Assembly (NCBI GenBank): GCA_965644265.1
Contig: OZ286465.1
Coordinates: 72,106,001-72,170,000, forward strand
Direction of reading: 5' to 3'
Length of the DNA stretch: 64,000 nucleotides
Source of the DNA: Glycera tridactyla
Lineage: Eukaryota
Each line of letters opens with the position of its first letter. Within the stretch, counting starts at the first letter, position 1. The notes beneath the pieces are model-generated. The model was not told the origin of the DNA. It made no database searches and was given only the letters and a program-made list of their open reading frames with translations. The translations under genes and the position numbers were made by a program. Positions 14,001 to 24,776 of this stretch are shown here, in pieces.

Positions 14001-17000
14001 GTGATCACAGCTCTTTTGGAAGAAGAGGCCCTCGTGTTTCATTCCCATCAGAAGGGTTCAGCTCTCCAACTAGCCCCAATTTTGGCCCTCATGCTTTTCT
14101 GTCTAGCCATAGAAAGCGTGGTGATGGTCCTCACATAAGTTCACTCAATCCTAGTTTGAGTGGGAGTGAGCCATTCCTGAACTATCCTACATACGATGAT
14201 TCCCGGAATCGAGGTGGTGGAACCAACCCACGTGATCCACGTGATAGTTATGACAGCAGAGTTTTTGATGACCATCCTGGGAAACGTCCACCGCGTAGAG
14301 GAAGTCAGGAATTTGGTGGTAGAAGATCTAACCATCATGTGCCAGCAAATAGAAGGCATGATGACTTGTATGACCCTCCTGGCAGAAATATTTCTGGTGA
14401 GAACCAGGACCCGATGGGTGAACAACCTGGCCAGAGGTATCCATATGATCAAAGTGATGAAAGGCCTCGAGGCACCCAATTTGATCCACGTCATGCACAT
14501 GGTTCAGATGATATGCCTCGTCATGAGAGGGATACCAAGCCCAGAAAAAGTGTAGATTTTCAGGAACCCCAAAGTAACAGGAGAGCACCAGAAGCTGAAC
14601 ATGATATCGATAAGAGAAGGTATCCTGGAGCTTCATGTAGAAAAGGCATTGTGGGAAGTGATGCAAGTCTGGATGATCAGTCTTCCAAAGAAGTTGAGAG
14701 AGGCGCAAATGATGATGATGACTCTGATTCTACACACCCTGACAATATATATGAGCAACAAGTCAGGAGATCACCCCATAGTAAACATGGTGCAAGTAGT
14801 ATGGGTGACCATGGTGGCCCATCTGAATCATGTCAGCCTAGTGGGGACAATGATTATCCTGAGTCATATGGTCGGAGAGATGACCCTGAAATGCATTGCA
14901 GTACAAAAGATGGCAAAGATCTTCTGGATGATGGTGGTCCTCATGTAGCAGATAGGTGGAGGGATGCTGATTACCCAGATTCCATGCAAAATAAAGATCC
15001 TTCTAACAGGTATCCGGACAGTACCTCATATGATCAAGAGGTGAATGAGAGGGACGAGGAAGGTGATCATGAGGTTCAATTTGATTTTAGTGGCAACCCT
15101 GGTAAATTATATGGACAAGATGGGTGTGACAGCGATGATCGATATTTTGCAGGAAACAAAGGTGCCAGTGGTATATCTGACCCTTATAGAGAGCCACATG
15201 ATATTTTTGGCCCAGATAGTACAAAACCAAGCCACAAGAGAGAATCAAGACCTCATAGAATCAGCAGCAAAACCTCACTCCCCAATGTTTCATCACAAGG
15301 GTATGAACCAGGCAGCAAATGTACAGGTGATCACTCTGGCTCAGGTGTCCGAAGGAATGATCCACATGGCCAGTCTCAGAGAAGTCCAGTAGATTTCTCT
15401 GGTGACCATTACACATATGAGCCATGTATGCCACATGCTAGTCATGATTCTGCAGTCACTGAAAGCAGTGGTTCTCCTGGTGATTCACCTATACCCTATA
15501 TGAAGCAGCCTCTTGATAATCAGCATGGAACAGGAATTGATCGCCTGGTAGGCAGGGAAGAACCAAGTAGATTGTATGATACAAAGGAAAGTATGGGTGA
15601 TGCAGATGTAGATGCAGATATTGCTAAAAATGTTGAGCCTGGTTATGACAACTGTCCACCCATGAGTACAGGTGAAGGTACCAAACCAGTATCAGCTGGC
15701 CAATATGGTCTCTGTATTGGCATTATTGGGAGCAATGATCAGCAAACTGATTGCAGTGAGAATACAGGGCAAGACATTGATGATAATCATTCTGATATGA
15801 AAAGTGATGATGAATTCCCATGTGGGCCTGTGGGGAGGGATGAGAGGAGAGGGAAGAATAGAAATAGGGTGGGCCAAGATTCCAAGGATGGCCTTGCCCC
15901 TGACTTTGATACTACTGAGGCAGGAGTCCCATCTAAAAGACTAACAAGCAGGGAACCACAGAAACAGGATGAGGACAGTAGTAGGACTGATGGCCTGCCT
16001 GACCCTAGTGCTGAACCGAACTTTCCTAATTCACGTCGAATGGATCAGTATGGTGATGATCCATGTGAGCCGAGACCTGGCCATGATCAGGATAGTGAAG
16101 CTGGTACTGACGCCACAAATGATAATGATGGCCAAGGTGATCCGGTTGACATTCAAAGGTTAGGTCGTGTTCTTGAAGATCCTAATAGTTGTGCTAGAAT
16201 AGACAGATCTCCATACTCAGTAACAGGACCTCTTCCTGATACTGAAAACGATAAGTCATTACTAGACAGACATGAGGCAGGGAAAAATATGGGAGTACCA
16301 ACAGGTGATTCGCACCATAAAAATACAAAAAATGATGAAGATTCCCGAAGCAATACTCCTGTTTCTACCCCTGGTGGTGATGCAGACAAGGGGAGCATGG
16401 TGAATCCATTTGACCTGAGTAAAATTATACGTAGTGAAGATCTTCTTGGTGGCAGGAAGGCCCTCAAGAGATTAGGTGAATCAAGTCAGCCCGATCTCAC
16501 TTCAGGTAGGAAACATATGCCTCAGTCGCACAACAATGGCCTTTATGACTACACAAGTACTGATGATAGCATTGCTGATCCTGATGACCCATTTGTTCAC
16601 CTTGGTTTGCGATCCCCAGAGACCCACAGGAGGAAGCCATTTGGTCGAAAAACACCTCCAGCCAAGGATATTGGCAGATCCCCATCACTCATTCCAAGTG
16701 ATGGAGTAGTCAAAGATCAGCAGCAGGCAGTAGCTCATCAAGCATTGCTGAATGACTTGAATGCAATTTTCAAACAAGTGAGAAAGCCAGAAGACCGAAA
16801 AGATTTACGTCGTCCAAGTAGCCTTGCGAATGATAATGTGCAGATCAGGCGCCCTGCTGATAGGGAATTTAACCGGCCACTTTCTTTCCCTCCACTCAGT
16901 GCATCTGCAAAAGATAATAGTGAATCTGAGGCTGAAGACAATGGTAAGAATATTGCCCAAGATATTGCAAAAAAGCTGCAGAGTATTCTTGCACGTACAA

Positions 17001-17269
17001 AGCCAGATACCGACTCTATTTCCTCAGTAAGTCAGCAACATATAAATATGCCTGGCCAGTCTGGAAATTCAGGGAAATCTCAAAAACATGCTCCAATTAT
17101 TGATGATCCTGTTCCAAAGTCACAAAATAATCTTCTAGAAGATATTGAACCTGACGACTCAGTCAAGGAAGATGACCTTGGTAATGTTGATCACCGCCAT
17201 AGTCTCAAAGGGACACCAGGTGGTTTGGGAGGTGATGGTGATAATCATTTTGGACCTGGAACTGCGAAG
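2036..17269 (+). CDS. Giant 15,234-nt (5,078-codon) phase-0 exon encoding a D/P/G/H/R/S-rich repetitive disordered region; probable filamin insert exon
   Basis: ORF 2168..17275 (5035 aa) stays open 44 codons upstream to acceptor tttcatcacttctag|act (2035/2036). It ends at donor gcgaag|gtatga (17269/17270), two codons before the ORF stop. Length is a multiple of 3. Confidence 0.85.
2599..3200 (+). repeat. Five ~120-bp (37-40 aa) diverged coding repeats ending in WE(R/N)GG
   Basis: GASDPHKLFP...PWERGGTE / GASDPYKTFP...PWENGGKD and three further copies are visible in the translation. Confidence 0.85.
5159..7003 (+). repeat. Near-identical 921-bp (307-aa) tandem duplication inside the giant exon
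   Basis: tttggaggaagcagaattc at 5161 and 6082; ccacatgagg at 6071 and 6992; both offsets are 921. Confidence 0.92.
7000..13100 (+). repeat. Coding repeat array (GWPDD/QHHPGRR/GDPxSPH/DPDE modules) with higher-order periodicity
   Basis: Anchor gatgattctca (DDSQG) occurs at 7931, 8336, 8750, 9296, 9710, 10505, 10922, 11714 and 12263. Confidence 0.9.
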
Positions 17270-17702
17270 GTATGACAACAATTTATTATTGCATATCCAT
17301 ATACTTCACAAAAGATATGATATGAGGATAGGGGTCATGGATATGTATTGGTTAACTAGATATTCATGAAGTCACACATCATTTGTGCCTCATTAGTCAG
17401 ACTTATTTCAACTGACACCAAAACAAGGAGTCAATTCATCAGCACAACCAAGAGTGCTGGGAATCTAATATAATATAGGATGTCTTACTGCTCAAGGCTC
17501 AATATTCATTTATGTTGGTGTTTTTTGACCGATTTTAGTGAAGGCTAAATTTCATGTAAATGTTTTTGGCAGTCGATTGAAATTTGTCTTGCATTTATGG
17601 CATGCAGTAACTTTTCTTCACTAGTTTGAGAATATCATGTTTATTCTTGAGCCCGCCTCAACAAATCATTCTGTTATAGTGCATGATTTAACTTATTTAT
17701 AG

Positions 17703-18428
17703 TATGGTCCTGATGGCAAACCGATTCATGGAGTTGGATATGGACCAGATGGTTCTCCACAGGGAAAGCAGGAGAGTAGTGGCTTGCTTGGATCTAATGG
17801 ACAGAGAGTCAATAGAAGGAGAAAAGATGGGCATGGCAATCATTGTGAGGAGGAGGATGTGAAGGGCATAGATGTGGATGATGATGGAATACCTACACCA
17901 GATGTTCAGAGATATGACTTCAGGTCACCTGGCAATGATGGTGTACAAGGACAAGATCGAGTTGGAGGTCGTAAAGTACTCGGCCATGGTGAAGATGGTA
18001 ACATTGAATCAGATTATAGGAGAGGCAACCAAATGGGGAAAGATGGTGAATTTGGAGTAGATGGCAGTAAGCATGGCCAAGGAAGGAATGAGATGTATGA
18101 TGAGGATGCAGACTCAGGACCAGATGAACAGGCAGGCCATGGCAAGGACGGGCCTAGATCCAAGAGATATGGACTAGATCATCTGAAGCCTGGTCAAGCT
18201 GGAGATGATGAAGGATATGAGCCAGATGGGCTAAGATCTAAACCCAGAAGCCCCAGAAATGACAACTATGGAGCTAACGGCGAGAGATCCCGACATGATC
18301 ATGATGATGATGAGGTAATTTCGTCAAATGAAGAAAAGTACCTTGGGCAGCAACCGGATATTAGTGGTGATCGAGATACAAAGCAACAAGATGGTACAGG
18401 AGGAGGGCATCATCAAAAAAATGATAAG
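17703..18428 (+). CDS. Phase-0 insert exon (242 aa, YGPDGKPIHGVGYGPDG...HHQKNDK); alternative in-frame donor at 18314
   Basis: Acceptor ttatttatag|tat, in frame with ORF 17784..18521. Donors gag|gtaatt (18314) and aag|gtacat (18428). Same G/D/R-rich composition as neighbouring exons. Confidence 0.75.
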
Positions 18429-18605
18429 GTACATCTTCATCTGATTCACGGAACTTTTATATTACTTCCAGTAAATCGCAGTCTTAATTGTCAATGTTTC
18501 ATGAATCGATCTAAAAGATGAGTCTTGTGTATTCTGAATGTCTTAATTATCACTTTTTCATTTACGCCGTTGGAAGAAGCAATATTTACCACATTATTTC
18601 TGCAG

Positions 18606-18731
18606 TTTGATCTACATGGACGTCACAGGAAGGACAAACATACTTCTGAAGAGGGTGAAGAGGATGACTATTCTGGTGATAATGTGGCTGGAGCAGAGAG
18701 CCCAAGTCATCATGGTGGTGATGATGCCGAG
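18606..18731 (+). CDS. Phase-0 insert exon (42 aa, FDLHGRHRKDKH...HHGGDDAE)
   Basis: Acceptor ttatttctgcag|ttt and donor gccgag|gtactt; 126 nt within ORF 18525..18791. Confidence 0.75.
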
Positions 18732-20534
18732 GTACTTCAAAGATTGTGCTTATCAATAGCAACCATGGTAATAGATTTAACATGGACATGAGTGCATATC
18801 ACATGGTCGATCACCTACTTACGATACACAATCTGACATTTCACATAGATGTCACATAATGCTATGTCCATGGCTATGTGCTTGGCAAAGGTCATGGATG
18901 GTGCTGCATAGCAACCACATTTAATCCAGTCAATCAATATCTTCATCTGGGATCCTTACCCTCAAAACCCTTTTAGATATGAATGGAACCTATGGTATAC
19001 ATGGAACTAATATCGTCACATATCCTCCAAATGCACACCAAATCCATTGGATTCACAAATTGAATAAGGAATCATATGCCACTGCTTGAATTCCCCAGCA
19101 TCAGTTGTGATGTAGTTTTATCCCTCACGGACTATCTCTTGTGTTCATATCATGATACCACCTTGCCATATGGGTGCCATACCTATTGTCATACCTTGCA
19201 GTGCTTCGCATATTAGGATGCTATGGTCATGTGGAGAAGTGGATAATCAACATCTAATTTGTGGCTGACATTTCTTGTTAGTACTATATTCAAGAAATGG
19301 TTCTAGGGCTATATGTACAGAGAATAGGAGTAGGGTGAGGATGTGAATTAACATATGTGGTTGGGATTGGAGAGAAAACCCGAGGATCAGATTTGTACCT
19401 TGGTACTTGGCAACATATAATATCATCAATTTCATTGTGAAGTGAAATTTGAAAGGTATTGCCATTACAGGTAGGGTGATGATGAAGCAGTCAAGGCAAT
19501 GATATTTGTTTCATGGGAATTCGAGGGTGCAGTCACTGATGACAAGATATGAGATGGTCAGTATCCTTGATAATTGGGAACATGAATGGATTTTTCGATA
19601 TCGTACAACAGCAACTCTGTATGTTCACTAATATATTTCAATTTCCAAGTGTATTCCAAATAAAAAAGTTGTGGCAAGAGGAAAAGGTCCATCAATCTAG
19701 TGATTGAAACGATGAAGTGATGAGGTGGAGATGGCAAAATGTCTGCCTATGACTCAAAGCTATCGATTCCTGGTGACAGGTGTTTGATGAACTGCTTTCG
19801 CTTCTACTAATACTCCTATGCTACAACAAGGCATACCTTCAGCTATGCAATCCCATGCCACATTACATATGTTCCCATCATGTTTGGTGAGTATTTTCCA
19901 GATGTGTCATGGACATTCATAATTTTGCTTGAATGACTTGAGTTATTTTAATATTTTATACTTGTGAGATCTTGGGAATTTGTTAGAAAATGAGCAGATC
20001 CTATTGCATGAAATCCACGAAATCTTAATGGAGCTAATAAACAAATGAATATCAGGTTAGGTGGTGTTAACATTTCAAGCCTTGAATTCATGAGTAAATC
20101 ATGCTAAGCAGCTTGAATTGTATAGGACTACAATATGCTCCATAAGGCACAATGAACAAACCTTATTGTGTGTAATTTGGGAACATGAATGACTTGGAAT
20201 AACTTCCATCCACATTAGTTGGAGGTTCTATCTTGAGCCGGTATTCAGCATATCTGTAACATAGTTGGGGATTGATTGTGTACATCATGTACAGTATTTG
20301 GTGATCTTGTTAGTTCTATATGGGTAGGTGGCTGACCATTCATCAAAAGAAAATGAGTTTGAATGCATCACAAATGAGATATGATGTTTTACATACTCAC
20401 ATAGGGATGAAAGTCCCAAGGATTGTGGCATGTTATGATCCTCCTCAATATATACTGAGAACCTTGCCATTCCTATGTTGTCATCCTGTATTCAACCTAG
20501 TATAACATGAACAAATGAATCATTGCATGTCTAG

Positions 20535-20606
20535 ATTGGACCAGATGGACGCCATCGACATGGACGTGGAGGAAGATTAGGGGATGGTGATCATGATGGC
20601 GATGAG
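20535..20606 (+). CDS. Phase-0 insert mini-exon (24 aa, IGPDGRHRHGRGGRLGDGDHDGDE)
   Basis: Acceptor tgtctag|att and donor gatgag|gtataa; 72 nt; resembles one unit of the 24.8-27.5 kb repeat. Confidence 0.75.
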
Positions 20607-21200
20607 GTATAACATTTCATTTTTTCTCTGAGTTCTTCATACTTAAATTAGACTTGTGTTGATGGTGTCATTGCATATGCCAAAAGTCCTTCCATATCCT
20701 TGCTAAATATGATAATTCATTCAAATCAAATATTCACCCACTGATGGACGATTTGGGAGGCAGAGTATTCAGCTCCCTATCATGTGCTTATGACCACACA
20801 TGTTTTCATGTCCAATTATCTAAGCGGTAATTGCTTCAGGTTAGACCGAAAAGAAAATTAAACTTGACATGCATTTTGACATGCATTTTGACAGCGATAT
20901 CCCACAACAAAATGGATGAAAGGAATCCAATGTCAGAATCCTAACTGTGAGTCAGATTTTCATTGGGTATTATACTCTCAAAACTTGGATACATGCATGT
21001 TTAAGCCAAATTTAGCTAGTCAATTCTACTAGGAGCACAGGCGGTCATTGTGGGAAGATATCACCGTAGTAGATTTGGCATAGCTAATTCCCAGCATAGC
21101 ACAGTCAACATAGCAAATTCTCATTTGAATGCCTTTCTTAATTTCTGTTGTGGTATTTCATGTACTAGTATTGATTACCGATGGTCTCTCTTCCATTTAG

Positions 21201-21290
21201 TATGACTCGGAAGGCCAGCCAAGATATGGTGATGGAGATGGTGATAGGCGTAGGGGTCGGCGGAGGCCACAAGATGACTTGGGTGATGAG
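21201..21290 (+). CDS. Phase-0 insert mini-exon (30 aa, YDSEGQPRYGDGDGDRRRGRRRPQDDLGDE)
   Basis: Acceptor ctctcttccatttag|tat and donor gatgag|gtacca; 90 nt, stop-free. Confidence 0.75.
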
Positions 21291-21482
21291 GTACCAATGA
21301 TGTAACATTTTTGACAATATAGCTTTCATTTGCACATCTCATATGTCATGTGATCGGACTCTTCTATAACATTTTATGTCATTGTAAGCAGTGAAGTCAT
21401 TGAGCAATTTGAAATGTTCAGCTATTGTGAACCTACCATTCTTACAGCAGCGGTCGTTTGATTTTGATACTATATATCTATA

Positions 21483-21695
21483 GGCCTATTCAACTGGTCG
21501 TTTTTGTTGAGTATGGCCGGTCCGTTGACTATGTTTTGCATTTGGGTGGATGCCTAATGCTTTTTCGTTGCACATGATCTAAACGGTCATTTGACTATGT
21601 TGAACACGTTAAACAAAACCTATTTGGTTGGGCTATGACCATTGAGTACATTTCTGCAACAAACACTCAACAGAAACCGGCCGGTCGAATAGGCC
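21483..21695. mobile_element. MITE-like element with imperfect ~29-bp terminal inverted repeats
   Basis: ggcctattcaactggtcgtttttgttgag ... ctcaacagaaaccggccggtcgaataggcc; no clear target-site duplication (TSD). Confidence 0.55.
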
Positions 21696-23053
21696 AAGTG
21701 TGTGAAATAGGTGGGTGAAGTATGGTTGGCGCTAAATTTTCGCAATCTTGTTAATCCCATGCATGCATGGTGGAGGGATCAGCCGAATGCATTTAGTGCG
21801 AAAACATGATTTTGTAGATAAAAGTGCAAGGATTATTGCTGCCTTTGGAAAGTGATAGAGATGACTTCATCGAAAGGATACAATCTCACAGGTATGTCTG
21901 TGGATTGTCGACAATTTGTCAACATGGTCATAAGCAGAACAGAAGATTGTGACAATCTGCTACAATTGTCAGTCAGCAGAACCTGTCCCTCATCTGCAGC
22001 CATATTATACATGCCTGCTGACTGTTATCAGTCATCTTTGGATTGCTAGGAATTTAGAGCTCTTGGCTTTGCTGCTCTAAGTATTGAAATACTATCATAC
22101 TTGAATATATCTTAGGATTTCAAATGTATCCTAGTATCCACGAGTATCAAGGCATACATAACAATCACAGAACTTTGCATTTTGTGCAAAACATCCAAGA
22201 TGGATAATCTGGGAATACCATTTTCTATCACAAAAAACAATATGTGATTACTTGTATGATTCATTTCAGCATGTCAGCAGTCTGTCTTGCACCTTTATCT
22301 TTTATCAAGAGAATGTTATTGCTGGGGATTTCAGTTACATCATTTCTGGATATATATTCTAGAAGGTGATTGTAACTACACAGGCAGGCACAGAAATATA
22401 GACAGGTGTCCTTTACATGAAAGTGGTGCATATGATCCTAAATGGTTTGTTGCTGTGAGATGTCAGAAAGTAATTATTCTTGATTGTGTGACTGCTTCAG
22501 ACCTCTTGATATATTCAAACCACTTCATTTATAGAATTTGTTTCATTTCGTTGCTGTAGGAGTGCATTCGCTCTCATTCATAACTCCCAACTTCTACATA
22601 TATCTGTAGTGCTAACATATGGTGTGGTGGTTTTATTGCCAAATCATTTTTGTAATAGTCTTTTCCGGCTGTAAAATGATTTTGACTTTTTTCTGTGATC
22701 TTAATTTTCACGAATGAGGGAGAACCGGCTTGTAGCAGAGTCAAACTTGTTTTAAGCATGAGGGACTTGGTGGAGCTGTGTGCTAATAGGGTGTCCCTGC
22801 TTAGTACAAATCAGTTAAAGTGATATTTGCTGTGTTTGGATGATTTCAACCTGTATGTTAGCACAAGTTGTGGTTTGAACAAGTTTGAGCCAACCTATTT
22901 TTATTCTGTAAGGCATATGCCGATGAACTGTCTGCTTGCTCTTATGCTTTTTTAACAATCTTTGATGACTTCTTACACTAGTCTGGCCAAGATGATCAGA
23001 GGGTTTCACATGCAAGAAAACCAGGCACTCATTATGGACATTCATCAAATCAG

Positions 23054-23827
23054 AAAGTGGGGAAAGATCTTGTAGATGATGCTGAAATGAATGATGAAAC
23101 TGCTGGTTCTCCAGTACATGGACTAAAAAGACCAAACCATGATGATGCCAATGTTGATGAACCAGGAGTAAGAAGTCAATATGATAATGACCGATCTGGG
23201 AGAGGACTTGTTGGTAGGAGAGATGGGAGTAATGGGAATTCAGATCCAAGTAGAAGCAAGTACTCCAGTGGGGAAGATAATGTCGATGAAGGTACTAAAG
23301 ATGCCAGGAAGGAATATGGTGATAGTGATCCAAGCATGTCTATAGGACATATTGGAGAGGGAGCGTTATCTGAACATGGAAAACCAGATGATCACAAAAA
23401 CAAATATGACACAGAGGGTAGTAGTGATGGAGAGGGAAATGCTGACAGAGATGGAAAGAAACACAATTATGGACACAGGGGTACATTAAGTGATGATAAG
23501 GAAAATCGACATCATGGAGATATAGACATTGGTGATGAAGATTATGAATATGGCTCTGGTGGGAGAAGGGCTAAACTTCGTCACAGTCACCCAGATTCAT
23601 CAGATGATCAAATTGCATCTGATCCGACCTTGCATGGTAACAATAACGGAAGTGATCCAAGAGGTGGAAGGAGCCATCCACCATATGGCCCCAAAGACCA
23701 GAAATTCGGTTCCAATGGCCAGCAGCCTCCTGGTAGACTTGGACGTGATGACGATGACTTAGATCCAAATGGTGGAGGGTTGTTTGGAAAGGACAGGCAG
23801 CTTAACAGTCCAGATGAGCATCTGGAG
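23054..23827 (+). CDS. Phase-0 insert exon (258 aa, D/G/H/S-rich)
   Basis: Acceptor catcaaatcag|aaa, in frame with ORF 23057..23866; donor ctggag|gtaatt; 774 nt. Confidence 0.75.
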
Positions 23828-24776
23828 GTAATTAGCCATTCTAACAATCATTGTATTGCATACTAATAGCCATTGCATGCTTACAAATAAGTTGAAATGT
23901 AAGGGTAGTAGATGCTGCTGGAATTGATATCATTTTTCAACTATATCTGTCATATACCGATGCAAAGATATTTTGATCCAATAAGTATGTTCATGTGGTA
24001 AAAATTGGATGGTGTGCCATTGCTTCAAACATTGTTTCAGTCATACTGTTGTTTACTCTGAGCATTAACACATTTTTTCTGTCTCATTATCTGGCTTCAG
24101 GTCACAATGTTACTCTAATATACAACCTAGTGTGGCATGAATATTGCCATAATTTATGTTCATCATGCCTGGGCAGTAGAATTTGATTTGTGGTCTTTTT
24201 ACGTTTGTTTCAAACAAGTGTTAAAGAACTGTGTGCTTATCTGCAAGCATGTGATGTAACAAGCATTTTAGCAAATTCTGCATGTCATATGATCTGATGT
24301 AATGATGTAATGTGGTAATTGCATGAAATATTTCAACAGATGACCAAAATTACAACATGGATAGACACTTTCAAAAGTTGTTCAAGAGATTCGGCATAAA
24401 CAAACATTTATGTTGACATGATAGGCATGAGGCTACTTATATTTCTGCATAGACCCACCTAAATTGAGTGAGTGGTTTTGAAATAACACTATTCCATATC
24501 CATGTCAATATTCACCAGTGATTCATGGACAGATGAACATCCAATAGTATCTCTTCTAATTTTATGCTGAACAAGCAGTATTATGGATGATATTTGGAGA
24601 ATTCATGTGTCTCAATGATATTTAATCTCTTGAAATCATCATTGTGGACTCATTTGAAGTCATATTAGATGTTTGTTTTCATTGATTCATTTCTGTTTTT
24701 GCATGTTGCATGTGTTTCTTCTAAAGTGGTAGTTCTGCATAGATTCACTAATTGCATGTTGCCCCATTTCTATCAG

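Noticed and set aside
2259-16941. Dozens of minus-strand and off-frame ORFs (up to 387 aa) across the giant exon
   Set aside because: They are shadows of the repetitive + frame coding sequence and recur with the repeat period. They have no independent splice signals or recognisable domains.
19081-19900. Minus-strand stretch vaguely resembling the dynein AAA1 region (CEALQGMTIGMAP)
   Set aside because: No Walker A lysine, multiple stops, and the order is inconsistent with the 50-kb fragments; likely over-reading.
24669-24776. Hydrophobic, signal-peptide-like N-terminus of ORF 24669..27512
   Set aside because: It lies upstream of the acceptor at 24776, so it is intronic T-rich sequence read through by the ORF caller.
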